Shown here one piece after another: positions 14,001-29,000 of a stretch of DNA of 64,000 bases. Made by a program: the position numbers and the translations under genes. Where the stretch lies: the NCBI RefSeq assembly GCF_009914755.1, contig NC_060940.1; one strand, written 5' to 3'. This stretch comes from the human T2T-CHM13v2.0 reference genome, Homo sapiens. The notes beneath the pieces are model-generated. The model was not told where the DNA came from, did not search any database, and was given only the letters and a program-made list of their open reading frames with translations. Position 1 is the first letter of the stretch. Each line of letters begins with the position of its first letter.

Positions 14001-17000
14001 ACATCACAGATCAATTTCTCACATAGCTTCACACTATTTTTTACCCTTCAATATTTGCTTTTTTGAAATTGGCATCAATGACCTCCAAAATGTCCATTCA
14101 AAGAAAGGACAAAAACAGTGTTTGCAAACTTCTCAATCAAAAGAAATATTCATATCTGTGAGATGAATGGAAGCATCACAAAGCAGTTTCTCAGAAAGAG
14201 ACTTTCTAGTTTTTTTCTTAAGATATATACTTTTTCATATATGTCAATGTGCTCCCAAATATCTCTTCTCAGATTCTATAAAAACAGTGTTTCCAAACTG
14301 GTGAAAGAAAAGAAAATTTTATCACTGCGAGATGAATGTACACATCACAAAGCAGTTTCTCAGCTAGGTTCCTTTGAGGTTGTAACCTTGGATATTTGCT
14401 TTTTCACCATTGGCCTCCAGGAGCTCCAAAATATTCTTTTGCAGGATGGACAAAAGCAATATTTCCAAACTGCTGAAGGAAAAGAAATATTTAACTCTGT
14501 GAGATGAATGCATGCAACACATTGTGGTTTGTCAGATACCTTCCTCCCAATTTTTATCTGGAATCTTCAGTATTTTGCCTTTGGCCTCAATGACCTCCAA
14601 AATGTCCATTCACAGAATGGACATAAACTATGTTTTCAAACTGCTAAATCAAAAGAAATGTTTAACTATGTGAGATGAATGCACACATTACAAAGTGGTT
14701 TCTCAGGTAGCTTCCTTCTAGCTCTTATCCTGAGAAATTTGCTTTTTTGCTATAGGCTTCAATGAGCTCCAAATTTCCACTCACTAATTGGACAAAAACT
14801 GTGTTTCCAAACTGCTGAATCAAAAGACAGTTTTAACTCTATCAGATGTATGCACACATCACAAAGCAGTTTCTCAGAAAGCTTCCCTCTAGTTTTTATC
14901 TGAAGATATTTTATTTTTCACCATAGGCCACAGGGCACTCATAAATATCCTTCTGCAGATTCTACAACAGTGTTTACAAACTGCTGCATGGAAAGAAAGG
15001 TTTATCTCCATGAGGTGAATACAAAGATCACAAGGCAGTTTCTCAGATAGATTCCATCTAGTTTTTATCCTGTTATAGTCTCTTTTTCGCCATTGGCCTC
15101 AATGAGCTCCCAAATGTCCATTTGCAGAATGGACAAAAGCAGTGTTTCAAAACTGCTGAATGAAAAGAACGGTTTAACTCTGTGAAATGAACGCACACAT
15201 CACAAAGCAGATTCTCAGATAGCTTCCTTGTAGTTTTTATCCTTGGATATTCACTTTTTTGCCATTGGCCAAAATGTGTTCCCAAATGTCCATTCACGGA
15301 ATAGACAAAAACAGTGTTTCCAAATGGCTAAATTTAAAAAAAAAAGGCTTAACACTGTAAGATGAATGCACACATCACAAAGTCGTTTCTCAGATAGCTT
15401 CCTTCTAGTTGTTATCCTGGGATATTTGCTTTTTTGCCATTGTCTCAAAGAGCTCCAAAACGTCCATTTGCAGAATGGATAAAAACAGTGTTTCCAAACT
15501 GCTGAAAGAAAAGAAAGGTTTAACCCTGTGAGATGAATGCACACAGCACAATGCTGTGTCTCAGAAAGCTTCTTTCTTGTTTTCATCTGAAGATACTTTC
15601 TTTTTCACCACAGTCCTCAATGCACTCCCAAATGTCCCTTCGCAGATCTACAAAAACTGTGTTTCCAAACTGCTGAATGAAAGCAATCCTTTAAATTTGC
15701 AAGACAAATGCATTCTTCACAAAGTGGTTTCTCAGTTTCCTTCTAGTTTTTATCCTGATGCATGCTCTTTTTCCCCATTGGCCTCAATGATCTCCCAAAT
15801 GTCTATTAATAGAATCGACAAAAACAGTGTTTCCAAAATGCCATATCAAAAGAAATGTTTAACTCTGCTAGATGAATGCACACATCACAAAGCAGTTTCT
15901 CAGATAGTTTCCTTCTAGTTTTTATCCTGGGATATTCATTTTTTTGCCATTCACCTCAATGAGCTCCAAAATGTTCATTCATGGAGTGGACAACAGCAGT
16001 GTTTCCAAACTGCTAAAAGAAAAAAAAGGTTTAAATCTGTGAGATGATTGCACACATCACAAAGGAGTTTCTATGAATGCTTCTTTCTAGTATTTATCTG
16101 GAGATATTTTCTTTTTCACCAAAGACCTCAATGGACTCCCTTGTATCCCTTCAGAGATTCTAAAAAAAAACAGTGTTTCCAAACTGCTAAATCAAATCAA
16201 ATGTTTATCTCTGCTAGATGAATGCACACTTTGTAAAATGGTTTCTAAGATAGCTTCCTTCTAGTTTTTTTCCTGGGATATTAGCTTTTTTGCCATTGGC
16301 CTCAATGAGCTCCTAAATGTCCATTAGCAGAATGGAAAAAAACAGTGTTTACAAATTGCTGAATCAAAAGAAAGTTTTAACTCTATGAGATGAATGAACA
16401 CATCACAATGCAGTTTCTCAGAGAGTTTCTTTCTAGTTTTCATCTAAAGATAATTTCTTTTTCACCGTAGTCCTCATTGTGCTCCCAAATATCCTTTCAT
16501 AGATACTACAAAAACGGTGTTTCAAAAATGCTGAATGAAAAGAAAGGCTTATCTCTGCAAGATAAATGCCCATTAATTAAAGGGGTTTCTAAGATAGCTT
16601 CCTTCAAGTTTTTTTTTTTTTTTCCTGGGACACTTGCTTTTTTGCCATTGACAACAATGTGCTCCCAAATGTCCATTTTCAGAATGGACAAAAACAGTGT
16701 ATCCAAACTGCTGAATGAAAAGAAAGGTTTCACTCTGTGAGATGAATGCTGGCACCACAAAGTGATGTGTGAGATAGATTCCTTCAAGTTTTTATCCTGA
16801 GATATTCCGTTTTTCTCCTTTTGCCTCAATGATCTCCGAAATGTCCATTCACAAAATGGACAACAACAGTTTTTCCAAACTGCTGAATCAAAAAAAAGTT
16901 TAGCTTTGTGAAATGAATGCACACATCACAAATTAGTTTCTCAGAAAGCTTCTTTCTAGTTTTTGTCTGAAGATATTTTGTTTTTCACCATTGGGCTCAA

Positions 17001-20000
17001 TGCACTCAAAAATATGACTTTGCAGATTCTACAAAAACACTGTTTCCAAACTGGTGAATGAAAAGAAACTTTTAAGACTGTGAGATGATGGCACACATCA
17101 CATAGCAGTTTCTCAGATACCTTCCTTCTAGTTTTTATCCTGGGATATTCACTTTTTTGCCATTGGCCTAAATGAGCCCCCAAAGGTCCATTAGCAGAAT
17201 GGACAAAAACAGTGTATCCACACTGGTGAATCAAAAAAAAGTATTAACTCTGTGAGATGAATGCACACATCAAAATGCAATTTCTCAGAAAGCTTCTTTC
17301 TAGGTTTTATCTGAAGATATTTTCTTTTACACCATAGACCTCAATGTGCTCCAAAATATCCCTTTGCAGATCCTATAAAAACCGTGTTTCCAAACTGTTG
17401 AAGGAAAAGAAATGTTTAATTTTGCGAGATGAATGCACACATCATAAATCCGTTTCTCAGATAGCTTATTTCTAGTTTTTATCCTCAGTTATTCACTTTT
17501 TTGCCATTGACCTCAATGAGCTCCCAAATATCCATTTACAGAATGAGCACAAACAGTGATTCCAAACTGCTGAATCAAAAGAAAGCTTTAAATCAGCGAG
17601 ATCAATGCACACACCACAGAGTGGTTTCTCAGATAGCTTCCTTCTAGTTTTTACCCTGGGATATACACCTTTTCATGTGTGCCTTAATGAACTCCCAAAT
17701 GTCCATTCACAGAATGGATAAAAACAGTGTTTCCAAACTGCTGAATCAAGATAAATGTTTATCTCTGTAAGATGAATGCACACATCACAAAGCAGTTTCT
17801 CAGAAAACGTCTTTCTAATTTTTATCTGAAGATATATTCTTTTTTCATCACAGAACTCAATGCACCCCCAAATATCCCTTCTCAGAGTCTACAAAAACAG
17901 TGTTACCAAACTGCTGAATCAAAACAAAGGTTTAACTCTGTGAGATGAGTGTACACATCACAAAGTGGTTTCTCAGATAGCTTGCTTCTCAGCTTCATCT
18001 TGGAATATTCCCTTTTTTGCCATTGACTTCCATGAGCTCCCAAATGTCCTTTTGCACAGTGGACAAAAACTGTGTTTCCAAACAGCTGAATCAAAAGCAA
18101 AGTTTAACTCTGTGAGATGAATTCACACATCACAAAGCAGTTTCTCAGAAAGTTTCCTTCTAATTTTTATCTGAAGGTATTTTCTTTTTCACCATTGGCC
18201 TCAATAAGATACAAAATATCCCTTTGCAGATTCTACAAAAACAGTGTTTCCTAACTGCTGAATAAAAAGAAACGTTTAAATCTGTGAGTTGAATGCACAC
18301 ATCACAAAGTGGTTCCTCAGATAGCTTCATTCTAGTTTTTCTCCTGGGATACTCGCTTTTTCACCTTTGGCCTCAAAGAGCTCCCAAATGTTCATTCACA
18401 AAAAGGACAAAGACAGTGTTTCCAAACTGCTGAATCAAAAGAAAGGTTTAAATCTGTGAGACGTATGCACACATCACAAAGTGGTGGATGTCATAGCTTC
18501 CTTATAGTTTTTATCCTGGGATATTCTCTTTTTCAACATTGGCATCAATAAACTGCTGAATCAAAAGAAAGGTTTAACTCTGTGAGATGAAGGCATACAT
18601 CACAAAGTATTTTCTAAGAAAGCTTCTTTCCAGTTTTTAGATGAAGATATTTTCTTTTTCACCCTTCACAGATTCTACAAAAAACAATGTTTCCTAACTG
18701 CTGAATGAAAAGAAAGGTTTAAATCTGCGAGATGAATGCACACATCACAAAGCCATTTTTCAGATAGGTTCCTTCAATTTTTATCCTGGGATATTTGCTT
18801 TTTCACCATTGGCCTCAAAGAGCTCCAAAATGTCCATTCACAGAATGGACAAAAACAGTGTTCCCACACTGCTGAGTGAAAAGGAATGTTTAACTCTGTG
18901 AGATGAATGCAGAAATCACAAAGCAGTTTCTCAGAAAACTTCTCTCTAGTTTTTATATGAAGATATATTCTTTTTTCACCATAGGACTAAAAGCATTCCC
19001 AGATATCCCTTCGTAGAATCCACAAAAACAGTGATTCCAAACTGCTGAATTAAAAGAAAGTGTTAATTCTGCGAAATGAAAGCCCACATCAAAAAGGGGC
19101 TTCTCAGACAGCTTCCTTCTAGTTTTCATTTGAGATATTCACTTTTTCACCTTTGGCCTCAGTGAGCTCCCAAAAGTCCTTTTGCAGAATGGACAAAAAT
19201 ACTGTTTCCAAACTGCTGAATCAAAGAAATGTTTTAACTCGGTGAGATGAATGCCCATATCACAAATCAGTTTCTTAAACAGCTTCCCTCTAGTTTTTAT
19301 CCTGAGATATTCGCTTTTTTGCCATTGGTCTCAATTAGCTCCCAAATGTCCATTCGCAGAATGGACAAAAAGAGTTTCCAAACTGCTGAATCATAAGAAA
19401 GCTTTAACTCAGTGAGATGAATGTACACATCAGAAAGCAGTTTCTCAGATAGCTTCTTTCTAGTTTTTATCTAAAGATATTTTATTTTTCTACATAGGCC
19501 TCAGTGTGCTCTGAAATATCCCTTTGCAGATCTACAAAAAGAGTGTTTCCAACCTACTGAATGAAAAGTCACGTTTAACTCTGTGAGATGAATGCACATA
19601 TCACAAAGCAGTTGCACAGAGAGCTTCCTACTAGTTTTTATTCTGGAATATTCAATTTTTTGCTATTGGCCTCAATGAGCATCAAAATATCCATTCTCCA
19701 AATGGACAAAAACAGCGTTTCCAATCTGTTGAATCAAAAGAAAAATTTAAGTCTGTGAGATGAATGCACATATCACAAATCAGTTTCTCAGGAAATTTCT
19801 TCCTAGTTTTTATTTGAAGATATTTTCTTTTTCACCATAGGTCTCAATAAGTTCCCAAATATCGCTTTGCAGATTGTACAAAAATGGTGTTTCCTAACTG
19901 CTGAATGAAAATGAAGGTTTAGCTCTGCAAATTGAATGCAGACATCACAAAGTGGTTTCTCAGATAGCTTCTTTGTAGTTTTTATCCTGGGATATTTGCT

Positions 20001-23000
20001 TTATTGAAATTGGCCACAATGAGCTCCCAAATGTCCATCCACAGGAAGGACAAAAACAGTGTATGTAAACTGCTGAGTCAAAAGAAAGGTTTATCTATGA
20101 GACATGAATGTACACATCACAAAGCAGTTTCCCATATAGCTTCCTTCTAGTTTTTATCCTGGGATATTTGCTTTTTTGCTATTGGTCATTATCAGCTCCC
20201 AAATGTCCATTTGCAGAATGGACAAAAACAGTGTTTCCAAACTGCTGAATGAAAAGAAAGTTTTTACTCTGCCAGATGAATGCACACATCACAAAGCGGT
20301 TTCTCAGATAGCTTCCTCATGGTGTTTATCCTGGAATATTTGCTTTTTCGCTTTTGGGCTCATTGACGTCCTAACTCTCAATTTGCAGAAGGGACAAAAA
20401 CAGTGTCTCCAAACTGCTGAATGAAAAGAAAGATTTAACTCTGTGAAGTGCATGCCTCTATCACCAAGCAGTTTCTCAGATACCTTCCTTTAGTTTTTAT
20501 CCTGGGATATTCACTTTTTCACCTTTGGCCTCAATGGGCTCCCAAATGTCCTTTGTCAGAATGGACAAAAACAGTGTTTGCAAACTGCTGAATCAAAAGA
20601 AAGGTTTAAATCTGTGACACGAATGCATACATCACAAAGTAGTTTCTCAGAAAGCTTCATTCTATTTTTTATCTGAAGATATTTTCTTTTTCACCATAGA
20701 CCTCAATGTGCTCCCAAATATTCCTTCACATATTATAGAAAAACAGTGTCTCCAAACTGCTGAATGAAAAGAAAGGTTTAACCTTGTGACATGAATACAC
20801 ACATAACAAAGCAGTTTCTCAGATAGCTTCCTTCTAGTTTTTCCCCTGGCATATTTGCTTTTTTGCTATTGGCCTCAATGAGCTCCAAACTGTCCATTCA
20901 AACAATGGGCAAAAAGACTGCTTCGAAACTGCTGAATCAAAAGAATGATTTACCTCTGTTGGATGAATGCATGCTACCCAAAGCAGTATCTCAGAAAGTT
21001 TTCTTGTAGTTTTTACTTGAAGATATTTTCTTTTTCATGACCGGCCTCAATGCATACCCAGATGTCCCTTTCCAGATTCTACAAAAACTGTGTTTCCAAA
21101 TTGCTGAATGTAAAGAAAGGTTTAACTCTGCAAGATGAATGGACACATCATAAAGCAGTTTCTCAGTTTCCTTCTAGTTTTTATAACAGGATATTCCCTT
21201 TTTCAGAAAACCCATTGGCCACAATGAGCTCCCAAATGTCCTTTCACAAAATGGTCAAAAACAGTATTTCCATACTGCTGAATCAAAACAATGTTTAAAT
21301 CTATGAGATGAATGCACACATCACAAATGTGTTTCTCATAAAGATTCTTTCTAGTTTTTATCTGAAGATATTTTCTTTTTCACCATAGGCCTCAAGGCAG
21401 TCCCAAATATCCCTTCACAAATTCTACAAAAACAGTGTTCCCAAACTGCTGAATACAAAGAAACATTCAACTCTGCGAGATGAATGCACACATCATGAAG
21501 AAGTTTCTCAGATAGCTTCCTTCTTGTTTTTGTCCTGAGATATTCGCTTTTTTGCCATTGGCCCAATGAGCTCCCAAATGTCCGTTTGCAGAATGGACAA
21601 AACAGTATTTCCAAAATGCTGAATGAAAGGAAAGGTTTAACTCTGTGAGATTAATGCACACATCACAAAACGGATTCTCAGATAGCTTCCTTCAAGTTTT
21701 AAACCTGGGATATTCCATTTTTCACTTTTGGCCTCAGAGAGCTACAAAATGTCCATTCACAGAATGGACAAAAGCAGTGTTTCCAAACTGCTGAATCAAA
21801 GGAAAGATTTTCCTCTCTGAGCTGAATTCCAAGATCACCAAGTATTTCTCAGAAAGCTTCTTTCTATTTTTTGTCTGAAGATATTTTCTTTTTCACCACA
21901 GGACTCAGTGGACCCCCAAATATCCATTTGCACATTCTACAAAAGCAGTGTTTCAAAACTACTGAATGAAAAGAAAGGTTTAACTCTGTGAGATGAATGC
22001 ACACTTCACACATCGGTTTCTCAGATAGCTTCCTTCTAGTTTTTATCATGGGATATTCACTTTTCCACCATTGGCCTCAATGAGCTCCTAATCGTCCATT
22101 CGCAGAATGAACAAAAATAGTTTCCACACTGCTTAAACAAAAGAATGTTTTAACTCTGTGAGGTGAATACACACATCACAAAACAGTATCTCAGAAAATT
22201 TCCCTCTAGTTTTTAACTGAAGATATTTTCTATTTCATGATAGGCCTCAACATGTTTCCTAATGTGCCTTCACAGGTTTTACAAAAAGAGTCTTTCCAAA
22301 CTGCTGAATAAAAAAAGTTTTAGCTCTGTGAAATAAATGCCCTCATCAACAAGCAGTTTCCCAGATAGCTTCTTTCTAGTTTTTATCTGATGATATTTAC
22401 TTTATCAACATTGGCCTCAATCCACTGTAAAATATCTCTTCCAAGATCCTACAAAAATGCGTTTCAAAATTGCTGAATGAAAAGAAAGGTTTAACTCTGC
22501 AAGATGAATGCACACATGATAAAGCAGTTTCTCAGATAGCTTCCTTCTAATTTTTATACTGGGATATTCTCTTTCTTGAAATTTGACAAAATGAGCTCCA
22601 AAATGTCTATTCACATATCAGACAAAAAGTGTTCCCACACTGCTGAATAAAAAGAAAATTAACTGTGTCAGATTAATGGACAAATCACAACGCAGTTTCT
22701 CAGAAAATTTCTTTCTAGATTTTATGTGAAGATATTTTCCTTTTCACCATAGACCTCAATGTGCTCCCAAATGACCTTATGCAGATTCTACAAAAACAGT
22801 GTTTCCAAACTGATGAATGAAAAGGAAGGTTTAGGTATGTGAGATGAATGCACAGCTCACAAAGCAGTTTCTCAGAATGCTTCTTTCTAATTTTAATCTG
22901 AAGTTATTTTCTTTTTCATCATTGTCTTCAATGAGCTCCCAAATATCTAGTTGCTGATCTTACAAAATAGTGTTTCCAAACTGCTGAATAAAAGGAAGGT

Positions 23001-26000
23001 TAAACTCTGTGAGATGAATGAACACATAACAAAGTGGTTTCTCAGATAGCTTCCTTCCAGTTTTTATCCTGGGATATACTCTTTTTTGCCATTGGCCTCA
23101 ATGAGCTCCCAAATGTCCATTCACAGAATGGACAAAAACTGTTTCCTAACTGCCGAATGTAAAGAAAGGTTTAAATCTGCCAGGTGAATGCACACATCAT
23201 AAAGAGGTTTCTCCAGTATCTTCCTTCTAGGTTTTACCCTGGGATTATCGCTTTTTTGCCATTGGCCTCAATGAGCTCCCAAATCTCCATTTGGAAAATG
23301 TACAAAAACAGAGTATGCAAACTACTGAATCAAAATAAAGTTTTAACTTTTTGAGATGAATGCACATGTTACAAAGCCGTTTCTCAGAAAGCTTCTTTCT
23401 AGTTTTTATCTGAAGATAATTTCTTTTTCACCATAGGCCTCAATAAGCTCCCAGATATCCCTTTGTAGATTTTACAAAAAAGTGTTTCCTAACTGCTGAA
23501 TGAATAAGAAGCTTTAACTCTGACAGTTGAATGCACATATCACAAATCAGTTTCTCAGATAGCTTCATTCTACTTTTTATCCTGGGACATTCACTTTTTT
23601 GCTATTGGCCTCAATTTGCTCCCCAAGGTCCATTCACAGTAAGGACAAAAACAGTGTTTCCAAAATGCTGAATGAAAAGAAATGTTTAACTGAGAGATGA
23701 ATGAACACATCACAAAGTGGTTTATCAGATAGCTTCCTTCCAGTTCTTATCCTGGGATATTCACTTTTTTTACCTTTGGCCTGAATGAGCTCCAAAATGT
23801 CCATTTTAGGAATGGGCAAAAAAAGGTTTTCCAAACTGCTGAATCAAAAGAAAGGTTTAACTCTGTGAAATGAACTCACACACCTCAAAGCAGATTCTCA
23901 GAAAGCTTCTTCTTTCTAGTTTTTAAGTGAAAATATTTTCTTTTTCACCATAGGCCTCAATTCACTCCAAATATCCCTGTGCAGATTCTACAAAAATAGT
24001 GTTTCCAAACTGTTGAATGGAAAGAAAGGTTTACCTCTGTGAGATGAATGCAGACATCACCAAACTGTTTGTCATATAGCTTCCTTCTAGTTTTTATCCT
24101 GGGATATTCACTTTTTCACTGCTGTCCTCAATGAGTTCACAAATGTCCATTCCCAGAATGGAGGAAAAAAAAAGATTTTCCAAACTGCTGAATGAAAAGA
24201 AATGTTTATGTCTGTGAGATGAATGCAAATTTCAGAAAGCAGTTTCTGACATAGCTTCCTTCTAGTGTTTATCCTGGAATATTCGCTGTTTTGCTGTTGG
24301 CATCAATGAGCTCCCAAATGTCCATTCGCAGAATGGACGATGTGTTTCCAAACTGCAGAATCAAAAGTAAAGTTTACCTCTGTGAGATGAATGCACACAT
24401 CACAAAGCAGTTACTCAGCAAGTTTCTTTCTAGTTTTTATTTGATGATATTTTGTTTTTCACCATGGGCCTCAATGCACTCCCAAAGATCCCTTCTCAGA
24501 TTCTACAAAAACAGTGTTTCCAAACTGCTGAATGTAAAGAAAAGTTTAAATCTGTGAGATGAATGCACACATCACAAACCAGTTTCTCAGACAGCTTCCT
24601 TCTAGTTTTTATCCTGGGTTATTCACTTTTTTGCCATTTTCCTTAATGAGCTCCCAAATGTCCATTTTCTGAATGGAGACAAACAGTTTTTCCAAACTGC
24701 TTAATCAAAGAAATGTTCAACCTTGTGAGATGAATGAATCCATCACAAAGCAGTTTTTCAAAAAGCATCTTTCTAGTTTTTATTTGATGATATTTTGTTT
24801 TTCACCATGGGCCTCAGTGCACTCCCAAATATGCCTTTTCAGATTCTACATAAACAGTGTTTACAAACTGCTGAATGAAAAGAAATGTTTACCTCTGTGA
24901 GATGAATGCACACTTCACAAAGCCATTTTGCAGATAGCTTCAGTGTAGTTTTTATCCTGAGATATTAGTTTTTTCACAATTGACTTTAATGAGCTTCCAA
25001 ATGTCCATTCGTAGAATGGACCAAAACAGTGTTTCCAAACCTCTGAATCAAAAGAAACGTTTAACTCTATGAGATGAATGTAGACATCACAAAGCAGTTT
25101 CTCCAAAAACTTCTTTCTAGATGTTATCTGAAGATATTTTCTTTTTCACCATAGGCCTCACTGCACCCCCAAATGTACTTTCTCAGATTCTACAAAAACA
25201 GTGTTTCTAAACAGCTGCATGAAAAGAAAAGTGTATCTCTGTGAAATAAATGCACACATCATAAAGGGGTTTCTCTGATAGCTTCCTTCTAGTTTTTATC
25301 CTGGGATATTCACTTTTTCACCATTGGCCTCAATGGGCACCAAAATATCCATTTGCAGAATGGACAAAAACAGTTTTTCCAAACTACTTAGTCAAAAGAA
25401 CATTTTAAGAGTGTGGGATGAATGCACAAATAACAAAACAGTTTGTCAGAAAGCTTCATTCTAGTTTTTATCTGAAGATATTTTCTTTTTCACCATAGGC
25501 CTTGAGGTGCTCCCAAATATCTCTTCGCAGATTCTACAAACACAGTGTTTCCAAACTGCTGAATGAAAGGAAACGTTTAGCTCTGTGAGATGAATGCACA
25601 CATCACAAAGGAGTTTCTCTGAAATATTCTTTCTAGTTTTTATCTGAAGATGTTTTCTTTTTCACAATAAGCCTCAATGTGCACCCAAATAGTCCTTCAC
25701 AGATTATACAAAAGCAGTGTTTCCAAGCTGTTGAATGAAAAGAAAGGTTTAATTCTCTGAGATGAATGCACACATCACAAAGGGGTTTCTGAGATAGCTT
25801 TCTTTTTATTTTTATCCTGGGATATTCCTTTTTCTCCATTGGCCTCAGGGAGCTCCTAAATGGCCATTTGCAGAATGGATAAAAACACTGTTTCCAAACT
25901 GCTGAATCAAAAGTAAGGTTTAAATTTGTGAGATGAATGCACACATTGCAAGTGGTTTCTTGGATAGATTCCTTCAAGTTTTCATCCCGGGATGTTTGCT

Positions 26001-29000
26001 TTTTCAACATTGGCCTCAATGAACTTCCAAATGTCCATTCACAGAATAAACAAAAACAGTGTTTCCGAACTGCTGAATCAAAAGAAAGTTTTAACTCTGT
26101 GAGATGAATGCACACATCACAAAGCAGTTTCTCAGAAAGCTTCTTTCTTGCTTTTATCTGAAGATATTTTCTTTTTCACCATAGGCCTCAATAAGATCCC
26201 AAAATCCCTTCACAGATTCTACAAAAACAGTGGTTCTTAACTGCTGAATAAAAAGAAGGTATAATTCTGTGTGTTGAATGCACACATCACAAAGCAGTTT
26301 CTCACATAGCTTCATTCTAGTTTTTATCCTGGGACTTTCACATTTTTGCCCTTGGCCTCAAAGAGCTCCGAAATATCCACTCACAGAAAGGACAAAAACA
26401 GGTTTTCAAAACTGCTGAATCAAAAGAAAGGTTTATCCCTGTGAGACAAATGCACACATCACAAATCACTTTCTCTGAAACTTCTTTCTAGTTTTTCTCT
26501 CTTTTTCAGCATAGGACTCAATGCACTCCCAAATATCCCTTAACAGATTCTTAAAAAACAACGTTTCCAAACTGCTGGATGATAAGAAAGTTTTATCTCT
26601 GTGGGACGAATGCATATGTCACAAAGCAGTTTCTCAGATAGTATCCTTCTAGTTTTTATTCTGGGATATTCTCTTTTTTGCCATTGGCCTCAATAAGCTC
26701 CCAAATGTCCATTCACAGAATGGACAATAATAGTTTCCCAAACTGCTGAATAAAAATAAAGGTTTAACTATGTGAGATTAATGGAGAAATCACAGATAAG
26801 TTTCTCAGAAAACTTCTTTCTACTTTTTATGTGAAGACATTTTATTTTTCACCATAGGCCTAAATGAGCTCCCAAATACCACTTTGCAGATTCTACAAAA
26901 ACAGGTTTTCCAAACTGCCTAATGAAAAGGAATGTTTAGGTCAGTGAGATGAATGCACACATCACAAAGAAGTTTCCCACGAAGCTTCTTTCTAGTTTTT
27001 ATCTGAAGATAATTTCTTATTCACCATAGGCCTCAATGTGCTACCAAATATCCCTTTGTAGATTCTACAAAAAGTTTTTCCAAACTGCTCAATGAAAAGA
27101 AACTTTTAACTCTGCAAGATAAATGCTCACATCACAAAGCAGTTTCTCAGATAGCTTCTTTCTAGTTTTTGTCCTTGGATATTCTCTTTTTCACCACTTT
27201 CCTTCATGCGCTCCCAAATATCCATTCAATGAATCAACAAAAACAGTGTTTCCAAACTGCTGAATCAAAAGAAAGGTTTAGCTCTAGGAGTTGAATGCAC
27301 AAATTACAAAGCAATTTCTCAGAAATAGTCTTCCTTCTTTTTTCTGAACATATATTATTTTTCACCATAGTTCTCAAAGCACTCCCAAATATCCCTTTGC
27401 AGATACTACAAAAACAGTGTTTCCAAACTGCTGAATGAAATGCAACATTTAACGCTGTGAGATGCATGCACACATCATAAAGCAGTTTCTCAGCTAGCTT
27501 CCTTCTAGTTGTATCCTGGGATATTAGCTTTTTCACCATTGGCCTAATGAGCACACAAATGTCCATTCACAGAAAGGACAAAAGCAGTGTTTCTTAACTG
27601 CTGAATCAAAGAAAGGTTTAACTTGGCAGGATGCATGTGCACATCAGAAAGCAGTTTCTCAGACAGCTTCCTTCTAGTTTATACATTGGGATATTCACTT
27701 TTTTGCCATTGGCCTTAAGAAGCTCCCAAATGTCCATTCACAGAATAGACAAAAACAGTGTTTAAAAATACTGAATCAAAGCAAAAGTTTGAATCTGTGA
27801 GATGAATGCAAACATCACAAACCTGTTATTCAGACAGCTTCCTTCTAATTTTTATTTAGGGACATTCACTGTTTTGCCTTTGGCCTCAATGAGCTCCCAA
27901 ATATTCACTCACAGAATGGACAAAAACAGTTTTTCAAAATTGTTGAATCAAAGGAAAAGTTTAACTCTGTGAGATGAATGCACACATCACCAAACAGTTT
28001 CTCAGATAGCTTCTTTCTAGTTTTTATACTTGGATATTCTCTTTTTCACCATTGGCCTCAATGATCTCCCTAATATCCATTCACAGAATGGACAAAAAAG
28101 GTGTTTCCAAACTGCTGAATCAAAAGCAAGGTTTAACTCTGTGAGATGAATGAAGATGTCACAAATCAGTTTCTCAGAAAACTTCTTTCTAGTTTTTGTC
28201 TGAAGCTATTTTCTTTTTCACCATAGACGTCAGTGTACTCCCAAATACCCATTGGCAGATTCTAGAAAAAGAGCTTTTCCAAACTGCTGAATGAAAAGAA
28301 AGTTTTAACTCTGTGAGATGAATGCACACATCATAAAAAGTTTTCTCAGATAGCTTCCTTCCAGTTTTTATCCTGGGATATTCACTTCTTTGCCATTGGC
28401 TTCAATTGGCTCCCAAATGTCCATTCACCAAATGGACAAAAACAGTGTTTCAAAACTGCTGAATCAAAGGAAAGGTTTAATTCTGTGAGAATAATGCACA
28501 CATAAGAAATCAGTTTCTCAGAAAGCTTCTTTCTCGTTTTTATCTGAAGTTATTTTCTTTTTCACCATTGGCCTCAAAGAGCTCAAAAAGGCCAATCAAA
28601 GAATGGACAAAAACTTGTTTCAAAACTGGTGAATCCAAAGAAAGGTTTAAGTCTGTCAGATGAAAGCACACATGACAAAGTGGTTTCTCAGATAGCATCA
28701 TTATAGTTTTCCTCCTGGTATATTCGCTTTTTTGCCATTGTCCTCAATGAGCTCTGAAATATCCATTTGCAGAATGGAAAAAACTGTGTTTCCAAACTGC
28801 TGAATTAAAAGGAAGGTTTAACTCTGTGAGATGAATGCAGACATCGCAAAGCAGTTTCTCAGAAAGCTTCTTTCTAGTTTTTATTTGAAGATATTTTCTT
28901 TTTCACCACAGGCCACAATACGCTCCCAAATGTCCCTTCAGCAATTATACAAAAACAGTGCTTCCAAACTGCTGAATGAAAACAAATGTTTAACTCAGTG

